A stretch of 64,000 nt of DNA from Gaiella sp. (GCF_039915195.1 NZ_JBDSNT010000105.1:5252-69251), one strand, 5' to 3'; counted from the first letter of the stretch, positions 10,039 through 19,134 are shown. Notes: generated by a model from the sequence alone, not told the origin. Numbers and translations are program-made.

Positions 10039-12192
10039 ATGAGCGTGCTGGGTGCCGGAGCGACAGGAATGAACGTGCCTGATCTCTCGCGCGCCGTCCA
10101 GCCGCTCACGTCAGGCGTCGTCGACGTGGACGGCGTCGAGATCGCCTGGGAGGTCTTCGGTGAGGGAGAGCACACGCTGCTCTTCATGCCGCCGTGGGCG
10201 ATCGTTCACTCACGCTTCTGGAAGGCGCAGATCGCGACGATGGCGCGCTCCTACCGGGTCGTCAGCCACGACGGGCGCGGAAACGGGCGATCCGGCCGTC
10301 CAGCGACGAGCGCGGAGTACGTCGATCGCGTCAAGGTCGGCGACTCCGTCGCAGTCCTCGATGCGACCGAAACCGAAGAGTGCCTCGCAGTCGTCCACTG
10401 CGGCTCGGCAGGGACGGGACTCCGGCTTGCTGCCGAGTATCCCCACCGTGTCCGTGCCATGGTCTCGATCGCGCCGTCGTTGCCGCTGTCCCCGCCGCTT
10501 CCCGAGCGCGTCGGATTCCCGTTGCGCGCACGGGCCGAGCGATACGAGGACTGGGGCAAGGCGAACGTTCACTACTGGGCGAGCGAGGGAGGCTACGACG
10601 ACTATCTCCAGTTCTTCTTCGGTCACTGCTTCCCGGAGCCCCACTCCACAAAGCAGATCGACGACTGCGTCGCGTGGGGGCATGAGATCGGGCCCGAGAC
10701 GCTTGCGACGCTGATGGATGCGGCGGGGACGACGCGAGACGAGGCACTCGAACTGCTCGGCCGTATCACATGCCCTGTCCTGTTCGTCCAGGGCACCGAG
10801 GACGAGATCACCCCACCCGATCGCGGTGCCGCGATGCACGCCGCGCTCCCCGGCTCGGAGCTCGCCGTCTTCGACGGTTGTGGGCACGGCCTCAATGCAC
10901 GCGACCCGATCCGCTTCAACCTGTTGCTTCGCGACTACGCCGACCGGGTCTTCGGCGCACGAACGAGCTTCTCGTTCCGTCGGGCACTGACCCGTTCACC
11001 GCGCGCGCTCCTCGTCAGTTCCCCCATCGGCCTCGGCCATGCGTGGCGCGACGTCGCGATAGCCGAAGAACTTCGAAGGCTTCGCCCCGGGCTCGAGATC
11101 GAGTGGCTTGCGCAGGACCCCGTGACGCAGGTGCTCGAAGCGTGTGGCGAGACGATCCATCCCGCCTCGTCGATGCTTGCCGGCGAATCCGCGCACATCA
11201 CGGCGACATCGTCGGGGCATGAGCTTCCGGTCTTTCAGGCCTGGCGCGAGATGGACGAGATCCTCGTCGCGAACTTCATGCTCTTCCATGACGTGGCGCG
11301 CGACGGCCGCTACGACCTCTGGATCGGAGACGAGGCGTGGGAGGTCGACTACTTCCTCCACGAGAACCCCGAGCTCAAGTCGGCGACGTATTGCTTCCTC
11401 ACCGACTTCGTGGGGTGGTTGCCGATGCCGGAGGGCGGCGCGCGGGAGGTCGAGCTGACGGCGGACTACAACGCCGAGATGATCCGCCAGATCGAGCGCT
11501 TTCCGGGAGTTCGCGATCTGGCGCTCTTCGTCGGCGACCCCGACGACATCGTGCCGGAGCGGTTCGGCGCCGGGCTGCCGGAGATCCGGTCATGGACGGA
11601 GGAGCATTTCGACTTCACCGGGTACGTGCTCCCGGCGCACCAGGCGACCCTCCCGCCGAGGGACGTTCTGCGAGCCGAGTTCGAGTGGACGCCCGAGGAG
11701 ACCGTCCTCGTCGTCGCGGTCGGCGGCTCGGGCGTCGGCTCGGATCTGCTCGCGAGAGCGATCGAGGCACACGTTCTGCTCACATCGCGGGTCGACCGAC
11801 TCCGCACGATCCTCATCGCGGGCCCACGCATCGACGGGTCGGCGTTCGAAGTCCCGAGCGGTGTCGAGCTGCTTCCCTACGTCCATGCGGCGGGGCGCAT
11901 GCTCGCTGCGTCGGACGTGGCCCTCGTTCAGGGAGGTCTCACGACGACGATGGAGCTCGTTGCTGCCGGTCGGCCGTTCGTCAGCGTCCCTCTGCGCCGT
12001 CACTTCGAGCAGAACGGCCACGTCGCCTATCGGCTCCGGCGCTACGGCCACGCGAGCCAGGTCGAAGCCGACGCGTCTCCGGCGCACCTCGCCGATGCGC
12101 TTGCCTCGGCCCTCCGAACCCCGACGTCCTACCTGCCGGTTCGCACCGACGGCGCGCGGCGCGCGGCGGAGGCGATAGCCGCCCTCCTCTAG
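10039..12192 (+). CDS. Alpha/beta hydrolase fused to GT-B glycosyltransferase (GT28-C-like)
   Basis: N-terminal half has DGRGNGRS, GTEDEI and GCGH. C-terminal half has SPIGLGH and QGGLTTTME...EQ. Confidence 0.85.
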   Translation: MSVLGAGATGMNVPDLSRAVQPLTSGVVDVDGVEIAWEVFGEGEHTLLFMPPWAIVHSRFWKAQIATMARSYRVVSHDGRGNGRSGRPATSAEYVDRVKVGDSVAVLDATETEECLAVVHCGSAGTGLRLAAEYPHRVRAMVSIAPSLPLSPPLPERVGFPLRARAERYEDWGKANVHYWASEGGYDDYLQFFFGHCFPEPHSTKQIDDCVAWGHEIGPETLATLMDAAGTTRDEALELLGRITCPVLFVQGTEDEITPPDRGAAMHAALPGSELAVFDGCGHGLNARDPIRFNLLLRDYADRVFGARTSFSFRRALTRSPRALLVSSPIGLGHAWRDVAIAEELRRLRPGLEIEWLAQDPVTQVLEACGETIHPASSMLAGESAHITATSSGHELPVFQAWREMDEILVANFMLFHDVARDGRYDLWIGDEAWEVDYFLHENPELKSATYCFLTDFVGWLPMPEGGAREVELTADYNAEMIRQIERFPGVRDLALFVGDPDDIVPERFGAGLPEIRSWTEEHFDFTGYVLPAHQATLPPRDVLRAEFEWTPEETVLVVAVGGSGVGSDLLARAIEAHVLLTSRVDRLRTILIAGPRIDGSAFEVPSGVELLPYVHAAGRMLAASDVALVQGGLTTTMELVAAGRPFVSVPLRRHFEQNGHVAYRLRRYGHASQVEADASPAHLADALASALRTPTSYLPVRTDGARRAAEAIAALL

Positions 12193-13004
12193 GACGTCAG
12201 GACAGCGCGAATCGCCTGGCTCGACGCCTCGTCGGGTGATTCCGAGATCACTGTCGCCGGACGATCGAAGCGCGCGAGTGCCTCCCGTAGCGGGTCGGCG
12301 CGGAGCGTGCCCTCTCCGTAGGGCAGATGGTGCTTCTCGTTGCGGTTTGCGTACGCGATGTCGGAGAAGTGGATGTGGAATGGTGTCCCCGGCGCGAGGA
12401 CGTCGTCCACAGCCGCGAGTGCCTCGACGAAGAGGCTCGGCTCGAGGTAGGCGCCGTCGCTCGTCGCGTGCAGGTGCGCGAAGTCGAGCACCGGCCGCAC
12501 CCAGCCCGTGTGGCGCGAGATCTCCACGACATCGTCGAGCGAGCCAAGATCCCGAACGCGGCCCATCACCTCGATGCCGAATGGGACGGCCCGGTTCTTC
12601 CCTTCCAGGCGGGCGCGCAGCGTACCGAGCTGTTCGACGACCGAAGCGATCGCGTCCTCGCGCGTCCGACCAAGGAGGAACCCCGGGTGGAAGACAACGA
12701 CCTCGGCACCGCATGCTGCCGCGATCCCGGCGCTGCGGTCGAGCGCACCGACCGCGGAGGAGAACTTGCGGCCCGACGCCTCGAGATGGCCCATGAAGCC
12801 AAAGAGCGGTGCATGGACGGAAAGCGCGATATCGGCGTCCCGCGCCGCCTCGCCCAGCTGCGCGGCCCACGGATAGTCCATCCAGAACCCGCCCTCGAAG
12901 TCGATCTCGCAGGCGTCGTAGCCCAGCGCGAGCAGCGTCTCGACGGCCCGGTGGGGGTCGTCGCGGACGGGGATACCAGGCAGACCTACGCGAATTCGTG
13001 CCAT
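12189..13004 (-). CDS. Endonuclease IV-like TIM-barrel protein (AP endonuclease family 2)
   Basis: SVHAP, HPG, E-VMG, DFAHLHA, HIHFSD and EKHH metal-ligand pattern. Start ATG 13004. Confidence 0.8.
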   Translation of the reverse strand: MARIRVGLPGIPVRDDPHRAVETLLALGYDACEIDFEGGFWMDYPWAAQLGEAARDADIALSVHAPLFGFMGHLEASGRKFSSAVGALDRSAGIAAACGAEVVVFHPGFLLGRTREDAIASVVEQLGTLRARLEGKNRAVPFGIEVMGRVRDLGSLDDVVEISRHTGWVRPVLDFAHLHATSDGAYLEPSLFVEALAAVDDVLAPGTPFHIHFSDIAYANRNEKHHLPYGEGTLRADPLREALARFDRPATVISESPDEASSQAIRAVLTS

Positions 13005-13021
13005 TTGCGGGAACTCTATGT

Positions 13022-13043
13022 CGTCCGACGTGCTTCGTACTCT
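13022..13043 (+). promoter_or_regulatory. CGTCCG-N10-TACTCT promoter motif (78-aa gene)
   Basis: Read directly. -10 hexamer is 6 nt before ATG 13050. Confidence 0.55.
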
Positions 13044-13049
13044 TGAGCC

Positions 13050-13286
13050 ATGGATCAGCCCACGCGGATCGACCTTCTCGAGCTCGACATCGACCTTCGC
13101 CTCGCCGACCTCTGGCGCGAGGCCGCCGACGTGACTGAGTGGAATCTCGAGGTCGTTTCGGCGTTCATGCGCGCCTCCTACGGGAAGGGCTACTGCGACG
13201 CCTTCACGGAGGACTCGCCCGGTGCGCTGTGCCACGACCACGGGTACGAGATCCCGGGTCGACGGCAGTCCGTCCGCGCCGCCTAG
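13050..13286 (+). CDS. Hypothetical protein, 78 aa
   Basis: TACTCT-N6-ATG. Helical, with conserved-looking FMRASYGKGYCDA and CHDH. Confidence 0.8.
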   Translation: MDQPTRIDLLELDIDLRLADLWREAADVTEWNLEVVSAFMRASYGKGYCDAFTEDSPGALCHDHGYEIPGRRQSVRAA

Positions 13287-13310
13287 TTTCATTAACCCTA
13301 GTTTCATTAA
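13282..13310. repeat. 14-bp AT-rich direct repeat CCTAGTTTCATTAA x2 (period 15)
   Basis: Exact copies at 13282-13295 and 13297-13310. Confidence 0.9.
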
Positions 13311-13356
13311 GAGGTTGGTCAGGTCGCGTGGCCGCCGCCGCGGGTATCCTCAGGGG

Positions 13357-13764
13357 GTGGCCAGGAAGCGCTCTCCGGCGCGGCTCGTTATCGCCCTCTC
13401 GATAGCGGCGGTGCTCGCCGTGTTCCTTCTCTACACCTCGATCGCTGGTGGTGGTACGCCGTCGTTCACGCCGAGCGAGTTGGCCGCCCAGACCGGCCCC
13501 GTCTCCCTGGTGGGCCAGGTCGTCGGCAAGCCGACGGGCGATGCGAACGAGGAGGGCCTGCGGTTTCGGCTCCGTGATGTGAAGGATCCGTCGAGTCCAA
13601 CCGTGCTTGTCATCTACAAGGGAAGCGTGCCCGATCTCTTCGCACCGGGCCGGGATCTCGTCGTCGAAGGCGAGCTGCAAAACGGCAGGTTCGTTGCGAC
13701 GCCGGGGACGATGGTGACCAAGTGCCCGTCGAAGTACACGGCGATCAAACCGTCTGATCAGTAG
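13357..13764 (+). CDS. ccmE: Cytochrome c maturation heme chaperone CcmE, CxxxY variant
   Basis: N-terminal TM helix, then V-Y-K-G-S-V-P-D-L-F, VEG and C-terminal TKCPSKY. Start GTG 13357 (TATCCT-N6). Confidence 0.9.
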   Translation: MARKRSPARLVIALSIAAVLAVFLLYTSIAGGGTPSFTPSELAAQTGPVSLVGQVVGKPTGDANEEGLRFRLRDVKDPSSPTVLVIYKGSVPDLFAPGRDLVVEGELQNGRFVATPGTMVTKCPSKYTAIKPSDQ

Positions 13765-13777
13765 GGGGGACCTCTAG

Positions 13778-15784
13778 ATGGCTGATCTCGGTCGGGCAGC
13801 GCTCCTCATCACGCTCGGCCTCTGCCTGTACGCGTGCGTCGTCGGGACCGTGGCCGCGATCACGCGTCGGCGCAGGCTTGCGATGTCGGCCCGCAACGCC
13901 CTCATCGCCTCCTTCGGCTCGACGCTGATTGCTGCCGGCATCCTCGTGGCCGGATTCGTTCGCAACGACTATTCGCTCGTGTACGTCGCCGAGCACTCGA
14001 GCCGCTCGCTGGGTGGGATCTACAAGGTCTCCGCGCTCTGGGGCGGCCAGGAGGGCTCGCTCCTGCTCTGGCTCCTCATTCTTACGGGCTACGCCGCGCT
14101 CGCCGTCTGGGTCAACCGCAACCGCACGCGTGATCTCGTCGTCTGGGTGACGCCGGTACTCGGAGGCATCTCCGTCGGGTTCGCGTTTCTTCTCGTCCTC
14201 GTAGCGACGCCGTTCGCGACGCAGGTCGCGCCGGTCGACGGCGCCGGACTGAACCCGAGTCTCCAGAATCCGTACATGATGTCCCACCCGCCGTTCCTCT
14301 ACCTCGGGTACGTCGGCCTTGCTGTGCCGTTCGCCTTCGCGATGGGAGCGCTGCTCTCCGGGCGCACCGACGAGCGCTGGATCGTCGCGACGCGACGCTG
14401 GACGCTGATCGCTTGGACCGCGCTCGGGATTGGCCAGCTTCTCGGCTCGCACTGGGCCTATCTCGAGGTCGGCTGGGGTGGCTTCTACGCCTGGGATCCG
14501 GTCGAGAACGCCGCCCTGATGCCGTTTCTCGCAGCCACCGCGTTCCTCCACTCCGTGATGATCCAGGAGAAGCGCGGAATGCTGAAAGTCTGGAACATGA
14601 TTCTCGTCTCGCTTGCCTTCTGCCTCTCGATCTTCGGCACGTTCCTGACGCGGTCGGGGGTCGTGAACTCGATCCACTCGTTCTCGCAGAGCTCGATCGG
14701 CGCCTGGTTTCTCGCGTTCATCGTGATCGCCGTCGTCTTCTCGACGGTGATGATCATCTGGCGGCTGCCGCTCCTGCGGTCGACGACGAGGCTCGAGTCG
14801 CTCATCTCTCGCGAGGCGGTCTTTCTCTACAACAACCTGCTCCTCGTCGCGCTCTGCCTGACCATTCTCTGGGGCGTTGCCTGGCCGATCCTTTCCGAAG
14901 CGGTGCGGGGGGACTCCGTCGTTGTCGGCCCACCGTACTTCAACTTCTTCCTTCGTATCTTCGGGCTCCCGCTGCTCCTGCTGATGGGCGTCGGCCCGTT
15001 GATCGCATGGCGGCGAGCTTCGCTGCGTGGCCTCGGCCGGACGTTCCTCTGGCCCGCCTCGGTCGCTGTCGCGACCGGCCTCGTGCTGCTGCTCCTCGGG
15101 GCCGGGTCGTCGACTCCAGGGCTGATCGCCTACACGTTCTCGGCCTTTGTTCTTGCAGCGATAGGGCTCGAGTTCGTGCGGGGAACCAAGGCGCGTCGAG
15201 CGCTCGCGAGCGAGTCTTGGCCCGTGGCATTCGGCTCCCTGGTCGGTCGCAACCGTCGCCGCTACGGGGGATACATCGTCCACGTCGCAATCGTCCTCTT
15301 CGCGATCGGTGTCGCCGGAGCGAGCGCGTACGACTCGGTCGTCGAAGGCCGCCTGGCAAAGGGGGAGGCGCTCACGGTGTCCGGATACACGGTGCGGTAT
15401 GTCGGGCTCAGCGAGCGACAGACCGATCATGCGACCGAGGTGCGGGCGAAGCTGGCGGTCAGCAAGGGCGGCGAGAGCCTCGGTTCCCTCGAAGCCGGTA
15501 AGAACTCGTACAAGATCGCCGGTCCCGATCCACAGGTGTCGTCGGAGGTCGGTGTCCGCACCGACTATCTCACAGGCGAGGATCTCTTCGTCATCCCCGG
15601 GACGATCTACAGCGACGGCAGCGTCTACTTCAGAATCTTCGTCAAGCCGCTCGTCAACCTCCTCTGGCTCTCAGGGCTCATCTTCTTCCTCGGGACGATC
15701 ATCGCGCTCTGGCCCGATGCGCGCGAGCAGCGGCGACTTGCCGTTCGCTACGAGGAGGCCGGCAGCCCCGTCCGTGGCCGGTGA
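13778..15784 (+). CDS. ccmF: Cytochrome c-type biogenesis heme lyase CcmF
   Basis: WGGQEGSLLLW, GLNPSLQNP...HPP, WGGFYAWDPVEN (WWD motif) and RSG...SIHSF. Confidence 0.96.
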   Translation: MADLGRAALLITLGLCLYACVVGTVAAITRRRRLAMSARNALIASFGSTLIAAGILVAGFVRNDYSLVYVAEHSSRSLGGIYKVSALWGGQEGSLLLWLLILTGYAALAVWVNRNRTRDLVVWVTPVLGGISVGFAFLLVLVATPFATQVAPVDGAGLNPSLQNPYMMSHPPFLYLGYVGLAVPFAFAMGALLSGRTDERWIVATRRWTLIAWTALGIGQLLGSHWAYLEVGWGGFYAWDPVENAALMPFLAATAFLHSVMIQEKRGMLKVWNMILVSLAFCLSIFGTFLTRSGVVNSIHSFSQSSIGAWFLAFIVIAVVFSTVMIIWRLPLLRSTTRLESLISREAVFLYNNLLLVALCLTILWGVAWPILSEAVRGDSVVVGPPYFNFFLRIFGLPLLLLMGVGPLIAWRRASLRGLGRTFLWPASVAVATGLVLLLLGAGSSTPGLIAYTFSAFVLAAIGLEFVRGTKARRALASESWPVAFGSLVGRNRRRYGGYIVHVAIVLFAIGVAGASAYDSVVEGRLAKGEALTVSGYTVRYVGLSERQTDHATEVRAKLAVSKGGESLGSLEAGKNSYKIAGPDPQVSSEVGVRTDYLTGEDLFVIPGTIYSDGSVYFRIFVKPLVNLLWLSGLIFFLGTIIALWPDAREQRRLAVRYEEAGSPVRGR

Positions 15785-16083
15785 GTATCGCTATCGCCCT
15801 CAGCGCGATCCTCGGCGTCGTATGTGTCGTTCTCGTGGCCTTGCCGTACCTCCGCGAGCCCGAGCCCGTTTCCGACGAGCTCGAGGAGATGACACCGGAA
15901 CGTCAGCGACGGCTTGCACTCGCAGAGGAGCGCGATCGCGCCCTTTCGGCATTGAAGGAGATCGAGGCCGACCATCGCGCCGGGCGGGTCAGCGACGAGG
16001 ACTACCGCGCGTCGATCGGTGAGCTACGGCGAGAGGCGGCGAGTGCCCTCCGAGCGCTCGATGGGGAGAATGGGAAGGTCTAG
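15781..16083 (+). CDS. CcmI N-terminal-like small membrane protein
   Basis: TM helix followed by LKEIEADHRAGRVSDEDY. GTGA overlap with ccmF. Confidence 0.7.
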   Translation: MSIAIALSAILGVVCVVLVALPYLREPEPVSDELEEMTPERQRRLALAEERDRALSALKEIEADHRAGRVSDEDYRASIGELRREAASALRALDGENGKV

Positions 16084-16108
16084 TACCCGACGGCGCGAAT
16101 GCGTCCGT

Positions 16109-17305
16109 ATGGTCCGCCTGTCGGTTGTCCTTGGTGTGCTCGCGGCCGTGATGCTGCTCGCGGGAACCGCAACGGGTGATCCAGGTGCCGAGAAGTCGGG
16201 AGTTGACGCCCGTCTCGGAGAGGCTCGCGAGAAGGCAGAGCAGGCGGCCAGGTCGGCGAAGCTTCTCACGACCGAGGTGAGTAGGCTCAGTCAGGCTGCA
16301 CGCTCGGCGGAGGCGGCCCTCGCGGGTGAGCAGGCTCGGGTTACGGCGCTCGAGGCGTCTCTCGCAGCCGAGCAGGCTCGCCTCACGCAACTGGGACGCG
16401 AAGTAGATGCACAGAACGCGCGACTCGCAGTCCTCGGCCAGCAATACCGGGCGGCACTTCGTGTTCTCGAGAAGCATGTCCGCGCGATCTATCTGTCGGA
16501 CTCCCCCGATCTCATCTCGTTCGCCGTCGGAGCCACGTCGTTCGGCGAGCTCATCAACAACCTTGATCTTCTCGATCGAATCGGGAAGCAGGACCAGCGG
16601 ATCGCCGGAGCGTTCGACGCGGCCCGCATCGAGCTCGCACGGGCACGGGCATCGACGCTTCGCATGGAGCGCGAGGTCGCACGATCCGTATCGGTCATAG
16701 CAGCGCGAACCGCGGCTCAGCGCGAAGCACGCGATCTCGTTGCCTCGAGGCGGAGCGCGCTCGTGGCCGCCGAGAGCGACAAGGCGCAGGCGCTCGAGGG
16801 CGCACGTGAGGATCGCGCCACGTTCATCGCAGAGGCGGAGGCGCTCGCGGCCCAGAGTGCTGCGCTCGCGGCGAAGATCCAGGCCTTGCAGGCCGCCATT
16901 CCAGCGGCGACGTCACCCTCGCCCACGGCTCCTTCGTCAGGGGCAACGCTTGCCTGGCCCGTGTCGGGGCCTGTGACGAGCGGCTTCGGCCCTCGGTGGG
17001 GCAGGATGCACGAGGGCATCGACATCGCCGTCGGCACCGGGACACCGGTTGGCGCGGCCGCGGCAGGCACGGTGATCCACGCGGGGTGGCTCGGCGGCTA
17101 CGGGAATCTCGTGGTGATCGATCACGGAGGCGGACTTTCGACCGCGTACGCGCACAACTCGAGCCTCGTCGTCGGTGAGGGAACCGCCGTGAGCGCCGGG
17201 ACCGTGGTCGCCCTCTCGGGGAACACCGGCAACTCGTCCGGGCCCCACGTGCACTTCGAGGTCCGGATGAATGGCGCGGCGGTGGATCCGCTTCGGTATC
17301 TGTAG
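16109..17305 (+). CDS. M23 family peptidoglycan endopeptidase with coiled coil (EnvC/CwlO-like)
   Basis: Signal peptide, long coiled coil, then HEGID and HVHFE Zn motifs. Confidence 0.92.
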   Translation: MVRLSVVLGVLAAVMLLAGTATGDPGAEKSGVDARLGEAREKAEQAARSAKLLTTEVSRLSQAARSAEAALAGEQARVTALEASLAAEQARLTQLGREVDAQNARLAVLGQQYRAALRVLEKHVRAIYLSDSPDLISFAVGATSFGELINNLDLLDRIGKQDQRIAGAFDAARIELARARASTLRMEREVARSVSVIAARTAAQREARDLVASRRSALVAAESDKAQALEGAREDRATFIAEAEALAAQSAALAAKIQALQAAIPAATSPSPTAPSSGATLAWPVSGPVTSGFGPRWGRMHEGIDIAVGTGTPVGAAAAGTVIHAGWLGGYGNLVVIDHGGGLSTAYAHNSSLVVGEGTAVSAGTVVALSGNTGNSSGPHVHFEVRMNGAAVDPLRYL

Positions 17306-17329
17306 GCCGGACGCGCCTTGGTGTAGTTC

Positions 17330-17890
17330 CTAGGCGGCGTCGGTGGCCGCTGCCGGGAGCGCCTCTGTCGGGATGATGCGGAGATCGGGCAGCGCGCGCC
17401 ACTGCTCCTCGAGACCGAGGCCGTACCCCGCGAACAGCTCATCAGGGACTGTGAACCCGACGTACCGGAGGCCGATGTTCTCCACGAGCCTTCGGTACGG
17501 GCGATCGAGCAAGGTGACGGACGTGATGCTCGCCGGATCGCGCTCGGCGAGCGTCCGCGTGAGGAACGCGAGCGTGAGCCCCGTGTCGACGACATCCTCG
17601 ACGAGCAGGACATGCCTGCCGCCGATCGGAACGTCGAGATCCTTGAGCAGCCGGACGCCGCCGCGGCGGCCGTCAGAGTAGGCAGCCATCTCGATGACGT
17701 CGATCGTGTGCAGGATCGGCAGAGCCCGGGAGAGATCGGCGAGGAAGATCGTGCTCGACTTCAGGGGAGCCACGAGGAGTGGCTCCCGGCCCTCGAAGTC
17801 GGCAGCGATCTCCGCGCCGAGCTCTGCCACACGGGCAGCGATCTCGGCAGCCGAGAGGTAGACCTCGCCGATGAGGCGGTCGTGTCCTAT
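17330..17890 (-). CDS. hpt: Hypoxanthine phosphoribosyltransferase (start codon uncertain, possibly ATA 17890)
   Basis: PRPP-binding motif VLLVEDVVDTGLTL, plus LLDRP and FAGYGL. No ATG/GTG/TTG precedes the first conserved helix. Confidence 0.85.
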   Translation of the reverse strand: MGHDRLIGEVYLSAAEIAARVAELGAEIAADFEGREPLLVAPLKSSTIFLADLSRALPILHTIDVIEMAAYSDGRRGGVRLLKDLDVPIGGRHVLLVEDVVDTGLTLAFLTRTLAERDPASITSVTLLDRPYRRLVENIGLRYVGFTVPDELFAGYGLGLEEQWRALPDLRIIPTEALPAAATDAA

Positions 17891-18255
17891 GAGGCGAGCT
17901 TCAGCCGGTAGCGCTGGGCCAGGCGCTCGAGGTCGCGCCGGTAGAAGAGCTTGACGTTGACGTGCGGGTACTGCTCGCGCAGCTCCCGGAGCTTGCGATT
18001 CTTGCGCGTCACGAGGGACTGCTTCATCACGGTCACCTCGATGTACAGGTTCTCTTCCGGGAGGAAGAAGTCGGGCGTGAATGCGCGAGTAGTCCGCCCC
18101 TGGTCGTCTCGTTCGAGAACGAACGAGGTGGGCTCGTAGTCCCAGGGGATGCCATACCAGTCCAGGATCCTGGCGCACTCGAGCTCGATCCGGTTGGCAA
18201 ACCGCGGGGGCTCTGTTCCACGGTACGCCTGGAACCGGTGGGATTCCGACCGCAC
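17887..18255 (-). CDS. PD-(D/E)XK-like putative nuclease, 122 aa
   Basis: E...WDYEP...FTPDFFLP...YIEVT pattern. TACCGT-N6-GTG start. Confidence 0.75.
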   Translation of the reverse strand: MRSESHRFQAYRGTEPPRFANRIELECARILDWYGIPWDYEPTSFVLERDDQGRTTRAFTPDFFLPEENLYIEVTVMKQSLVTRKNRKLRELREQYPHVNVKLFYRRDLERLAQRYRLKLAS

Positions 18256-18261
18256 GAGTAG

Positions 18262-18285
18262 ACGGTACTCGCGCTCTCGGACGGC
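18262..18285 (-). promoter_or_regulatory. GCCGTCCG-N10-TACCGT promoter motif (nuclease-like gene)
   Basis: Read on the minus strand. -10 hexamer is 6 nt before GTG 18255. Confidence 0.55.
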
Positions 18286-18324
18286 CCCCTCGACCCGGAC
18301 GCCTCGAGGTCATAGACTTCGGCG

Positions 18325-19134
18325 ATGTCGAACAGCGCTGCACCGGGCCTCCGGATCGCTCACCTCTCTGACCTCCACTGTGGCGAGCAGTACTTCGAGC
18401 CGACCCTGCTCGAGCGCGCGATCAGCGAGATCAACGACCTGAATCCCGACATCGTCATCTGCTCGGGTGACCTCACGACCCTCGGTTTCAAGCACGAGTA
18501 CCAGCTCGCGAGGCAGTACGTCGACAAGATCGAGTGTGAATCCCTCGTCGTGATACCCGGAAACCATGACTCCCGGAACGTCGGGTACGTGCACTTCGAG
18601 GAGATGTTCGGCGAGCGGAATTCGGTGCTCCGCAAGGGCGGAGTCACCGTTGTCGCGGTCGATTCGACCGAGCCCGACCTCGACCACGGCCAGATCGGGC
18701 GCGGCCGCTACTCGTGGATCGAGAGGGAGTTCGGTGCCGAGCCGGCCGACCTGAGGATCTTCGTGCTCCACCATCACCTGCTTCCCGTCCCGGGAACCGG
18801 TCGGGAGCGGAACGTCGTGTATGACGCAGGAGACGTGATCGAGTGCCTCCTGCGATCCGGAGTGCAGCTCGTCCTCTCGGGGCACAAGCACGTTCCATAC
18901 GCGTGGCGCCTCGAGAATCTCTTCGTCGTCAACACCGGCACCGTTTCGTCTCTACGCTTGCGGGGTAATACACGACCCTGTTACAACGTGATCGAGGTCA
19001 ACGGCAGCCACGTCGATATCTGGCGCCGACATCCGTTCCACGGCCAGGAGCGCATCATTCAATTCTCGACCGACACGTTCGAGTACGAGAAGTACACCGG
19101 CCGGATCGAGTCCGAGGTGAAGTCCCGCGTATGA
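18325..19134 (+). CDS. Metallophosphoesterase, CpdA/Icc-like
   Basis: HLSDLH, SGDLT, PGNHD, LHHH and SGHKH calcineurin-like motifs. Confidence 0.93.
   Translation: MSNSAAPGLRIAHLSDLHCGEQYFEPTLLERAISEINDLNPDIVICSGDLTTLGFKHEYQLARQYVDKIECESLVVIPGNHDSRNVGYVHFEEMFGERNSVLRKGGVTVVAVDSTEPDLDHGQIGRGRYSWIEREFGAEPADLRIFVLHHHLLPVPGTGRERNVVYDAGDVIECLLRSGVQLVLSGHKHVPYAWRLENLFVVNTGTVSSLRLRGNTRPCYNVIEVNGSHVDIWRRHPFHGQERIIQFSTDTFEYEKYTGRIESEVKSRV

Noticed and set aside
11590-12870. 426-aa minus-strand ORF and similar Arg/Pro-rich long ORFs (e.g. 8565-9662, 19311-20669, 32608-33771, 4736-5713)
   Set aside because: Off-frame shadows of real genes. High GC suppresses stop codons, and composition is dominated by R/G/P/A.
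13745-15430. Long antisense ORFs (also 47687-49273, 49134-50732, 54323-55873, 55933-57906)
   Set aside because: They are antisense to well-supported genes, a usual result of GC3 codon bias, and contain no motifs.
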